Shown one piece after another: positions 16,685 to 24,893 of a stretch of DNA of 24,893 nucleotides. The DNA is taken from assembly GCA_049700215.1 (NCBI GenBank), contig JBNAVT010000028.1:1-24893 (forward strand), given 5' to 3'. The stretch is from Thermoproteota archaeon (GTDB lineage Archaea; Thermoproteota; EX4484-205; JAAOZP01). Position 1 is the stretch's first letter. Each line of letters opens with the position of its first letter. The notes under the pieces are model-generated. The model saw only the letters and a program-made list of their open reading frames with translations. It was not told the origin of the DNA and did no database searches. The position numbers and the translations under genes are program-made.

Positions 16685-17938
16685 CTACATCTCCCTTATC
16701 TGCCCGGAGCCGTAAACCACGTATTTCGTCGTGGTGATTTCCCTCAGGCCCATTGGCCCCCTTGCGTGAAGCTTCTGCGTGCTTATTCCTACTTCCGCAC
16801 CTAAGCCGAATTGGCCTCCGTCGGTAAACCTGGTTGAAGCGTTAACGTATACTGTCGACGAGTCCACTAGCCTCGTGAATAGTTCAGCATCCTGCAGGTT
16901 GCTCGTTATTATCGCGTCGGAATGCTTTGAGCCATACTTGTTTATATGCTGTATGGCTTCCTCAACATTGCCGACTATTTTGACAGCGAGCGTCAGATCC
17001 ATGTATTCCTCGTACCAGTCTTCCTCAGTGGCTTCAACCAGAGTTGGAACTATCGCCCTGCTTCTTCCGCATCCCTTGATAACGACATTATATCTTCTTA
17101 AAGTATCAACCAGCTTTGGAAGATATTTCTCCGCTATCTCACTGTGCACCAGGACCTTCCTGACGGCGTTGCATACCGCGGGTCTTTGAACCTTAGCGTT
17201 CACTATTATCCTAGTAGCCATCTCAAAGTCAGCGTCCCAGTTCACGAAAATATGGCAGTTGCCGGCTCCGGTTTCAATCACTGGTATCAACGAGTTTTCC
17301 TTGACGAACCTGATGAACTGGGCGCTTCCCCTCGGGATTATGACATCTATGTACTTATCCTGTTTCAAGAGTAGGCTAACCAGCTCCCTGCTGGGATTCT
17401 CTATTAGTTGTATCGCCTCAGGATCGATGAGGTTTTTCACAGCATCTTTCATTATTTTCACCAAGACTTTGTTCGAGTTTAACGCTTCCGAGCCTCCTCT
17501 AAGAACGACAGCGTTTCCAGCCTTTAACGCTAGGCCAGTTATGTCTACTGTGACGTTCGGCCTAGCTTCATAAATAACGCCAATAACCCCTAGGGGTACG
17601 CGAACCTTCCTTATCTCTAAGCCATGTCTGGTCCGCCATCCTTCAACTATCTCTCCAACAGGATCCGGTAGGGAAGCGATCTGTCGGAGGCCTTCAACCA
17701 TTTCTTTAACGCGTTTTTCGTTGAGCAGCAGCCGGTCTATTAACGAGGATGAGGCTCCTCTACTTTCCGCTGCTTCAACATCCTTCCTGTTCTCCTGAAT
17801 TATTTCTTCCCTATGTATTTCAATGTGTTCAGCCATCTTTTCCAATGCGGCGTTTTTAACAGGCGTTGGAGCCACCCCGAGCTTTAGAGAAGCCTCCTTA
17901 GCCTTTCTGGATTTTTCAACTACCTCCTCCATGCTCAA
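16685..17938 (-). CDS. proA: Gamma-glutamyl phosphate reductase
   Basis: Motifs VPLGVIGVIYEARPNVT, LRGGSEA, catalytic VCNA, NASTRFTDGGQFGLGAEVGISTQKLHARGPMGL. Confidence 0.97.
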   Translation of the reverse strand: MSMEEVVEKSRKAKEASLKLGVAPTPVKNAALEKMAEHIEIHREEIIQENRKDVEAAESRGASSSLIDRLLLNEKRVKEMVEGLRQIASLPDPVGEIVEGWRTRHGLEIRKVRVPLGVIGVIYEARPNVTVDITGLALKAGNAVVLRGGSEALNSNKVLVKIMKDAVKNLIDPEAIQLIENPSRELVSLLLKQDKYIDVIIPRGSAQFIRFVKENSLIPVIETGAGNCHIFVNWDADFEMATRIIVNAKVQRPAVCNAVRKVLVHSEIAEKYLPKLVDTLRRYNVVIKGCGRSRAIVPTLVEATEEDWYEEYMDLTLAVKIVGNVEEAIQHINKYGSKHSDAIITSNLQDAELFTRLVDSSTVYVNASTRFTDGGQFGLGAEVGISTQKLHARGPMGLREITTTKYVVYGSGQIREM

Positions 17939-17960
17939 CGCAGTCTTGAAAAAACCCTTC

Positions 17961-18782
17961 TTAAGACTTAAACCTTTTCCGTACTGGCCGAATTAAGGTG
18001 CCAGCGTTTTCACCGCTCAGTATTTTCGCTATAATATTCCTCTTCAAACCGTTGGCTATTATAGTGGCGACTCCTGATCTAGAGGCTATTGCTGCTGCCT
18101 GAAGCTTAGAAAGCATTCCGCCTCTACCCAGATTCCCCGGAGACCCGGCGAAAGAAAGAACCTTCTTGTTAATCTTCCTAAGTTCCCTGACGACTCTAAC
18201 ACCGTTTTTAGCAGGCATCATGAACCCGTCGACATCAGTCAGCATTATTAGCAGGTCTGCACCTATTTTCGACGCTATGATAGCGGACAGCCTATCATTA
18301 TCTCCAAACCTGACGGAGTCAGGCACATAGGGGTTCACTGGGACAAGTTCTTTGACAGAGATAGCGTCATTCTCATTTATAATGGGGACAATGCCCTGCT
18401 CCATAAGGGCGGATAATGTTCTCCAAAAATTCTTGTAACGATACTTGTTTGCTAAGTCCTCCTCGGTAAGAAGTATTTGCGCAGTGTTTATGCCATACTT
18501 ATTGAAATATTTCGTATATAGTGCCATAAGGGTTGGCTGCCCTATGGCTGCGCAAACCTGTTTCATCGTAAGCTTCAAACTGCTTGGAGACGATTCTATC
18601 TTAAGCCTAGACAAGCCTGTTGCAATAGCACCGGAGGTGACTATAACTATTGACTCCATCCTGCTCCTGTTTTCCGCAATCTGCTTCACTATTTCCCTGA
18701 CTCTCGCTTCGCTGATCCATCCTCTAGAGTTCGTCAGCACGCTCGTGCCGATCTTAACCACTACCTCTGGTTTACGAGTCAA
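17961..18782 (-). CDS. proB: Glutamate 5-kinase lacking the PUA domain
   Basis: Motifs VVKIGTSVLT, VTSGAIA, AAIGQ, PIINEND, FGDNDRLSA, LTDVDG and GRGGMLSKL; 273 aa. Confidence 0.96.
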   Translation of the reverse strand: MTRKPEVVVKIGTSVLTNSRGWISEARVREIVKQIAENRSRMESIVIVTSGAIATGLSRLKIESSPSSLKLTMKQVCAAIGQPTLMALYTKYFNKYGINTAQILLTEEDLANKYRYKNFWRTLSALMEQGIVPIINENDAISVKELVPVNPYVPDSVRFGDNDRLSAIIASKIGADLLIMLTDVDGFMMPAKNGVRVVRELRKINKKVLSFAGSPGNLGRGGMLSKLQAAAIASRSGVATIIANGLKRNIIAKILSGENAGTLIRPVRKRFKS

Positions 18783-18847
18783 TCAGCGACACTCAGTGAC
18801 TAAAAGGGGTCTAAAACCCTATATTTAAGGAATACGCATGGAGGCAT

Positions 18848-21235
18848 CTATTTCCTTGCCGTAAAGCTTGCAGTTAAACCTCCTACAGTCACCACGAACA
18901 CTCCTTCTTCAACGGTTTTCTCCGGGCCATCCGTGTAGAACCCCAGCTCGGAAACAGGGATGGTGAAGCTTACCGTTTGCACCTCACCCGGCTGAAGAGT
19001 TATTTTTCGAAATCGATACAGCTTTTTCACGGGCGTCGGTAAACTGCTTTCAACATCGCTAACGTAAACCTGGACCACCTCGCTACCACTATGAGACCCC
19101 ACGTTCATAACGTTCACGCTAATTGAGATAGTATCTGTTAAAAGCGGCTCAGCCGGGGTAACATTGAGACAACTGTATTCAAACGTCGTGTAGCTGAGCC
19201 CATATCCAAATTCGAAAAGGGGATCGTACTCCTCACCAGGCCGGCGGTCATAGTTTATCGGTTCTTGAGCAGTAGATCTAGGCCATGAACGCGACAGCTT
19301 GCCACTAGGATTATAGTCGCCGAATAAAACGTCCGCCACACCCTGGCCTTCCGTCCCTGGAAGCCAAGCCATCAGAAAAGCATCCCACTCAGGCAACCTG
19401 TTTTCTATGCCTGTCAAGGGTCTGCCGGCAACCATTATGACGACTGTCGGGGTCCCGGATGCAACCACCCTGTCTATTATTTTAAGCTGCTCCTCAGGTA
19501 GGTCTAGGTTCTCCCTGTCGCCGAGAAACTCCGCGTAAGGAGTTTCCCCCACTACGACTATCCCCACGTCATATGGACCGGCTACGTTACTAGCATTTTC
19601 ATCGAATACAATCACGGTGCTCGGAGAAACTGTTTTCCTAATGGCTTCGAGAATAGTTGTCCCGATCGTAATGTCGCCGCTGCTTCCCTGCCAGGTTATC
19701 GTCCAGCCGCCGCATTGGTTCCCAATGTCGTTGGCATTAGGACCTGCGACAAAGATCGTGCTTACGTTCTTAGGTATTGGAAGAATACCGTTGTTCTTCA
19801 GTAGCACTATGCTTTCCCTGACTGCCTGGCGGGCGACCTCCCTGTGTGCAGCACTGCCAACAACCGAGGAAATGCTTTCATCCACGTAAGGGTTTTCGAA
19901 GAGGCCTAGACGGAATTTCACTAGCAGAATCCTGTAAACAGCCTCGTCTATTTTGCTCACCGGGATCTCGCCACTATTAACAAGGTCTTTAAGAGCCTCT
20001 TGAAACATTTTCCAGGTGCTTGGAACCATCGCCATATCTATCCCCGCCTCGATGCATTTCTTAACCGCGTTCCTGTAGGAAGGGTCCACTTGGCCTATTG
20101 CCTCCCAGTCGGACACAAGCAGGCCTTTAAACCCTAGCTCCACCTTTAAAACATCAGTCAGGAAGAACCTGATGCCGTGTATCTTCTGCCCGTTAATACT
20201 GCAGTAAGAAGCCATTACTGAGCCTACTCCAGCATCGACTGCACCTATGAATGGCTCGAGATGCTGTTCCCGGAGTATTCTCAGTGGACCTTGAAAGTCC
20301 CCCTGATCCCTACCATCCTTGGTTCCGCCTGAACCCATGTAGTGCTTAGCGGTAGAAAGAACAGTATCATCCCGGTCAAGCCCATCACCCTGGTATCCCT
20401 TAACAGAGCTCATCGCCATGATTTTAACCAGATACGGGTCTTCGCCGAACGACTCGTACGTTCTGCCCCAGCGGTCATCCCTAGCAACGTCGATGCACGG
20501 TGAGAAAGTCCAGCGGATTCCTGTAGCCCTCACCTCGATCGCCGTTATTCGGGCACACTCCTTGACTAGTTCAGGGTTCCATGATGCTCCCATTCCAACG
20601 TTATGAGGAAAAATTACGGCTCCGTAAACATTGTTATGCCCATGGACGGCGTCAATACCGTAGAGAATCGGGATTCCTAGACGTGTCCCCTCAACTGCCT
20701 CTTTTTGATACTCATTGTACATCTTGGCCCAGTTAGAAGGAATGTTGGGAATAGGACAGGATCCTCCTCCGCTTAAAAGCCCGCCTAGATTGTAAGTAGA
20801 TATGTCTGAGATACTGCTTATGGATTGCCGGTCCGGCAGGGTCATTTGACCGATTTTCTCATCGAGCGTCATTCGGGAAAGGAGGTCGAGAGCTCTCTCC
20901 TCGGGCGAGAGGTTTGGGTTACGGTACGGCGGGGGTGTAGGAGAAGGCGGAGGCAGAGGAGGCCTAGTTATGAAAACAACTGTGAAGTAAACACATATCA
21001 CTGTTACCATTAGAATTATGACCCCTGCTATAACCTTTCTAGACCTATCCGCTTCCTCCGACGTCTGCGTTAACACTGTAATGATCGGTACCGTGGGAAA
21101 AATGAATAATGGTGTTTCGAGCCTCCCTTGGGTTAAACTGGTTTTCAGGAGGCTTGTCTGTAGACCTAAATAAACCATGCATAGTGCTGAAAACATTTTG
21201 AAGGCAGGGAGGCTTCTTTCCAATCTTCTCACCAA
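18848..21235 (-). CDS. Membrane-anchored GH3 beta-glucosidase / beta-glucan exohydrolase with Fn3-like C-terminus
   Basis: Motifs MTLDEKIGQM, GIDAVHG, WGRTYESFGEDP, AKHY, nucleophile VSDW, YAEFLGD, WLPGTEG, FGYGLSYT and EVVQVYV; TM helix followed by PPLPPPSPTPPP. Start uncertain (21235, 21232 or GTG 21076). Confidence 0.95.
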   Translation of the reverse strand: MVRRLERSLPAFKMFSALCMVYLGLQTSLLKTSLTQGRLETPLFIFPTVPIITVLTQTSEEADRSRKVIAGVIILMVTVICVYFTVVFITRPPLPPPSPTPPPYRNPNLSPEERALDLLSRMTLDEKIGQMTLPDRQSISSISDISTYNLGGLLSGGGSCPIPNIPSNWAKMYNEYQKEAVEGTRLGIPILYGIDAVHGHNNVYGAVIFPHNVGMGASWNPELVKECARITAIEVRATGIRWTFSPCIDVARDDRWGRTYESFGEDPYLVKIMAMSSVKGYQGDGLDRDDTVLSTAKHYMGSGGTKDGRDQGDFQGPLRILREQHLEPFIGAVDAGVGSVMASYCSINGQKIHGIRFFLTDVLKVELGFKGLLVSDWEAIGQVDPSYRNAVKKCIEAGIDMAMVPSTWKMFQEALKDLVNSGEIPVSKIDEAVYRILLVKFRLGLFENPYVDESISSVVGSAAHREVARQAVRESIVLLKNNGILPIPKNVSTIFVAGPNANDIGNQCGGWTITWQGSSGDITIGTTILEAIRKTVSPSTVIVFDENASNVAGPYDVGIVVVGETPYAEFLGDRENLDLPEEQLKIIDRVVASGTPTVVIMVAGRPLTGIENRLPEWDAFLMAWLPGTEGQGVADVLFGDYNPSGKLSRSWPRSTAQEPINYDRRPGEEYDPLFEFGYGLSYTTFEYSCLNVTPAEPLLTDTISISVNVMNVGSHSGSEVVQVYVSDVESSLPTPVKKLYRFRKITLQPGEVQTVSFTIPVSELGFYTDGPEKTVEEGVFVVTVGGLTASFTARK

Positions 21236-21329
21236 GACTCCTAGAAAACCCTCCCTTAAAACCCATATTTAAACTATTTAATGCAGAATTGAAAGGAAAC
21301 GATAAAAACGGCTAGGATGCGAACGGGTG

Positions 21330-22050
21330 TTACGGTTTCCTCCCTACAGGGATGACGTAGAGCGGCTGCTCGTCATCTGGGAGGGTTAAGACAGCCTTAA
21401 CCTGCTCATCGTTAAAGGCGCCGACGGTTACAAGGCCAAGATCCAAGGCTGTTGCTTGCAGGCATATGTTTTGAGCGGCGTGGCCTGCCTCTAAATGCAG
21501 TACCTAATCCCCCTCTCGCCGTATTTCCTCGCTGTCCGTTCATACACTGCAGTTATCACGATGTCTACAGCAGCCTTCCCTACCCATGCTTGACCCAAGG
21601 CAGCATCCGTCAATTGAGCCCTCTTATCACCATCCAGAACCCTAATAATCTCATGGCCATCCGGCACATACTTGTATACTCATTGCGCAAGACCCTTCAC
21701 GCTCCCGACCACCAGGTAGACCTTAAGAGGATAGAGGGCTCCGGCTGAAGGAGCGGTTCTTAACCCCTGGGGACCAGTTATGCCTTGAGCAGCCCAGAGT
21801 AGTTGAGAAACCTCCTCCAAGGTTAAGCTACCGGCGGCATATTCCCTAACGGATCTTCTTTTAAGTAGAGCCTCTTCAACAGAAACCCCGCTCTCATGGC
21901 GAGGATCAGGCAGCTTCAGCCTCGACGCGTTGGTGAAAACAGGAGCCTTGCTCGGAGCCGGGTTTAGGAAAAGGTATACAGATAGGGCAGCGATTAGAAT
22001 TATTGAGGAGAATATTGCGATTATTAAAACACGTTTCCCCTCACAATCAT
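21330..22050 (-). pseudogene. SagB/ThcOx-family nitroreductase-like oxidoreductase pseudogene with N-terminal TM helix
   Basis: Manual translation gives [23 protein letters not shown]...LKLPDP...[15 protein letters not shown]...[11 protein letters not shown]...[12 protein letters not shown]...GLAQ*VYKY...KYGERGIRY/HLEAGHAAQNICLQATALDLG...GAFNDEQV...YVIPVGRKP*. Lesions: TGA at 21680..21682, a 1-nt deletion near 21500, and an out-of-frame start. Confidence 0.92.
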
Positions 22051-22231
22051 CCTCATGCCTTATTTCCAGTAGAACGCTAGTTAAATGTAACGCGCACCCA
22101 ATCCCGACAGCAGGATAAGGGACTACACAAGTTTTTAGTCGGCATGATCAGAGAGATGATTTCCGTGCAGCCGGATTAGGTAATCCAGTATGCATGAACC
22201 GTAGATACTTGACTAATCGTCAGAAGAGCGA

Positions 22232-22252
22232 TGCGGAGGATGGGATTTGAAC
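22232..22252 (-). mobile_element. tRNA 3'-end fragment, putative att site of an integrated element lying to the right
   Basis: Minus strand reads GTTCAAATCCCATCCTCCGCA (T-loop, 3' T-stem, acceptor strand, discriminator A). It is 19/21 identical to the tRNA-Leu end at 3..23, and no 5' tRNA half is adjacent. Confidence 0.7.
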
Positions 22253-22283
22253 TTGGTTGCAAGTACTTACTAGCAGACGATTT

Positions 22284-23009
22284 TCAAGTCTTTTTAGCAC
22301 TCTTTAATATGTATTTTTCCAAGATGGCCTTGCGGAATTCTAAGTATTTTTCATGATATTCCTTTTCAAGCTCTGAAGGATATCTCTTTTTATAGGCGCC
22401 GTCCGCAAGCTTATATGCAGCTATAATTGTCTCAACCCTCTTCTTAATCTCCTCGAGCTTCTTCTCCTCGCTCATGCTGCTTCCGTTAAACCTTGATATT
22501 AAGCAAGAACCACAATCGGTATCGTCAGCAATTTTCACTTTGACTTCCACTCCATATTCCTCCGATATCCTCTTCGCCACTTCGTCAAACCACAATAACC
22601 TTATGAAAACATTCTTATAACTCTTCTTAAGATGCTTCTCGAAGTTCCTCCTGTTAAGGTAGTCTTCACGCGTTTCCTCCTCTTCCTTATCAAGTGCTCT
22701 CCAAACCTTTTCCTCTTCCTCTTTGCCCTTAGCCTTAGCCTTTCGAAGCCTGCGTCGATATTTATTAATTAAGTGTTTGCCAATGTCATAGCCGGCCCTA
22801 TCTATCCCACAGGAATACGCACTTATTATTCCGTCGATGGATTCTGCAACACTCGCGACGGCAGCAGTCCCTCCTTCACTGCTCACCATCCACTTCTCCC
22901 TAGGAAATGGACTGGGTATATTTATTTCGAATGGCTTAAAAAGTCTTTCTTCTTTTTTCAACCTCTCATTCAGGTAATCCCTCAACTTCTCGAGGAAGCT
23001 CTGGCTCAT
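22284..23009 (-). CDS. Hypothetical protein, candidate immunity partner
   Basis: 241-aa charged ORF starting 4 nt after the upstream stop, with an AGGAGG RBS; no family recognised. Confidence 0.8.
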   Translation of the reverse strand: MSQSFLEKLRDYLNERLKKEERLFKPFEINIPSPFPREKWMVSSEGGTAAVASVAESIDGIISAYSCGIDRAGYDIGKHLINKYRRRLRKAKAKGKEEEEKVWRALDKEEEETREDYLNRRNFEKHLKKSYKNVFIRLLWFDEVAKRISEEYGVEVKVKIADDTDCGSCLISRFNGSSMSEEKKLEEIKKRVETIIAAYKLADGAYKKRYPSELEKEYHEKYLEFRKAILEKYILKSAKKT

Positions 23010-23013
23010 TTCT

Positions 23014-24705
23014 TTAGCCTCCTTCTCTGCTAATCCATTCTATATACGGGTTATTAAATTCCCCCACCTTAGTGGGATAGGGCATATTGCTAAGTATCCA
23101 CTCAGGAGGCCAAGCGACGATAGCTATGACCCCATGGTCAGCCTTCCATTCTGGATCGTTAAGATATCTCTGAACATCCTTTTTGGCCTCATTGAGCTGT
23201 TTTCCAAAGTCTTCGACATCCTCTGGATCGCTTACGTATTTAACTTCCACTATCACTATTCTCCTATCAGCCTCAGCATTTTTCATCACTAGATCGGGTA
23301 CCTCTTCTCCTAACCTCTTTTCTCCAAACCACTCTATTTTAATCTTCTCCTTGGGTACGCCGCTTCTCTTTGAAGCCTCTTCAAGAAGAGCATTTATAAA
23401 CTTCTCATTTATTATCGCCTCCCCAAGCATTCCCTTCCAATACGTGTTCTCGGGATTATCAAGGGCATTCACTGCAAGTTGCTTCAGACTCATGAGCTCC
23501 TTGTAGGCGACTATCTCTATAGAGGTTATGCTCCTTGCTTCATTCTGCACGCTTACCCTAAGCTCCTTACTTCCACAATAGACTACTTTATTGTTGTCGA
23601 AGTGCACGAGAAGGATAACTCTTCTATCCTTGCTAATCTCCTTGCTAATCCTTTCTTTAAGTTCCTCTAATGCATCGTAGCCCAGCAACCTGAACAGCCA
23701 CTCTTTTAACCTGATACGATCCTGACCTTCCTCCAGCAATATTTCGCATGATATCTTACCCATCTGTTCGCTAAGAGGCTTAGAGTTGAAGCTGTACTCG
23801 GCCATCTTCTCCTCACTCTTGAGATACTCGATCCTCATCAAACTCCTCGTTGCATCCACCTCAATCTTTTCAATGGGACGAGCTTCATAACCATATTTGA
23901 TTCTGACTTCTCCATCTTCATAAAAGGAAAGCATTAGGTTTTTACCACCTATGTTCTTTCCCTCAAATTCCACATCTACGCGTATTCTCCCTTCGTGAAC
24001 GTCCGGGTTTGTACTAAACTTATAGTGCATTCCATCGATCTCCATCTCGTTATTAAAGAGGTCTATTCTTATCCTCTTACTCTTAACGAAAAACTCCGTT
24101 GGAAAGAGCAGCCTGTAATCGAATAGCTCGGCCTTAGACACAGATACTTGAGCTTCGTAGCTCCCTATTTGGCTCAGAATCTGATCCACCTGTTCCCTCG
24201 GTATGCTAATTCGCTCCGATTCAACATCCTTTACAATTGAGAACTCTATTACTCCATCCTTCTCACCGTACTCCCAGTAAACCTTGACCGCATACGTTCC
24301 AGGCCGCACCTCATTGCCTTTTCCCATATCCAGAGTGCCTTCCTTTCCCTTCCTCAGCATAACCCTGTGCTGCTCTTCTTCGAATTTGAAGCTATTCAGC
24401 TTAGTGAGGACCTCCTCTAACGCATCCGGGTTCTTCAGCACGGTGTCAAGAAGAGCCTCGGCAACGTTTTCGCCATACTCGTCCTTAATGTTGAGAAAGT
24501 TGTCCGTAATATACCCTATTTTAACCCCGACTCCTTTCGTCGCATCCCCTCCTATCTTCATTAAGAGTTTTTCAAGGGCACTCATCTTACTCAGGTCTTT
24601 CGCATTCCTGCTGAGCCATCTGTTCAGCGATTCTATTGCACCATCACCATCCTCTATCCAAATCGACACTATGCTCCTGACAATTGTTTCGCCCTTATTT
24701 TCCAA
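23014..24705 (-). CDS. Large hypothetical protein with C-terminal PD-(D/E)xK nuclease domain, probably the 3' part of a longer frameshifted gene
   Basis: KGMLGEAII...VPDLVM...IVEVKY pattern near the C-terminus. The frame stays open upstream to 24783. Confidence 0.78.
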   Translation of the reverse strand: MENKGETIVRSIVSIWIEDGDGAIESLNRWLSRNAKDLSKMSALEKLLMKIGGDATKGVGVKIGYITDNFLNIKDEYGENVAEALLDTVLKNPDALEEVLTKLNSFKFEEEQHRVMLRKGKEGTLDMGKGNEVRPGTYAVKVYWEYGEKDGVIEFSIVKDVESERISIPREQVDQILSQIGSYEAQVSVSKAELFDYRLLFPTEFFVKSKRIRIDLFNNEMEIDGMHYKFSTNPDVHEGRIRVDVEFEGKNIGGKNLMLSFYEDGEVRIKYGYEARPIEKIEVDATRSLMRIEYLKSEEKMAEYSFNSKPLSEQMGKISCEILLEEGQDRIRLKEWLFRLLGYDALEELKERISKEISKDRRVILLVHFDNNKVVYCGSKELRVSVQNEARSITSIEIVAYKELMSLKQLAVNALDNPENTYWKGMLGEAIINEKFINALLEEASKRSGVPKEKIKIEWFGEKRLGEEVPDLVMKNAEADRRIVIVEVKYVSDPEDVEDFGKQLNEAKKDVQRYLNDPEWKADHGVIAIVAWPPEWILSNMPYPTKVGEFNNPYIEWISREGG

Positions 24706-24893
24706 TTCTTTCGGAGAATAGCGCTCTATAATTGTACCAATTACATCAAGTATTTTACCTGAGCTCTCTCCGCGTTGGCAACTTTAGAGTGTCGTTGGCT
24801 TCTTTTACTGTTCGTCGTATCTCCTCCTAGCGCGCGCGCTTTATCCCTCAACTCGACTAAGAAGGATTTTTCGCCCTTGTCTATTGCGAAGCC

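Noticed and set aside
21680-21682. In-frame TGA as selenocysteine or recoding
   Set aside because: The position corresponds to Gly in a GVYxY motif and the gene has additional frameshifts; TGA is a normal stop elsewhere in the window.
22064-22074. TTCCAGTAGAA matching the start of the ORB at 14688
   Set aside because: It is an isolated 11-mer with no G-string or partner box, and is plausibly chance.
21452-22118. Plus-strand ORFs 21452..21748 and 21930..22118
   Set aside because: Both are antisense to the nitroreductase pseudogene.
3-22252. tRNA-Leu(GAG) 3' end and the 22232 fragment as an attL/attR pair
   Set aside because: They differ at two positions, the fragment lies upstream rather than downstream of this tRNA, and the interval holds oriC and essential genes.
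460-24721. Numerous short antisense or overlapping ORFs in the six-frame track
   Set aside because: They are shadows of well-supported genes on the other strand or frame and show no motifs.
24829-24840. (GC)5 palindrome beside a frameshift as a phase-variation switch
   Set aside because: Repeat-number changes that reach the next frame place TAG in frame, so slippage would not restore the gene.

Overview
Archaeal chromosomal window around a probable replication origin. The lineage is TACK-like with PolD, Elf1 and non-canonically spliced tRNAs (Bathyarchaeia/Brockarchaeota/Aigarchaeota-like by inference). Left part: a tRNA-Leu(GAG) with two non-canonical introns, a housekeeping operon (mat, gatB, srp54, pus10, rpl21e, rpo4), eIF5A, NAD kinase, Nob1, and elf1-GGGP synthase-PolD large subunit. 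Centre: four small putative DNA-binding protein genes, a 585-bp intergenic region with four ORB-like boxes, and cdc6/orc1. Right part: tRNA-Val(TAC) with a 59/60 intron, proBA, a membrane-anchored GH3 glycosidase and a SagB/ThcOx-type nitroreductase pseudogene missed by the ORF track. At the far right a 21-bp tRNA 3'-end fragment (att-like) borders a gene pair: a large protein with a C-terminal PD-(D/E)xK nuclease plus a coupled orphan gene, resembling a toxin-immunity cassette in an integrated element. All calls come from reading the sequence; no searches were run.
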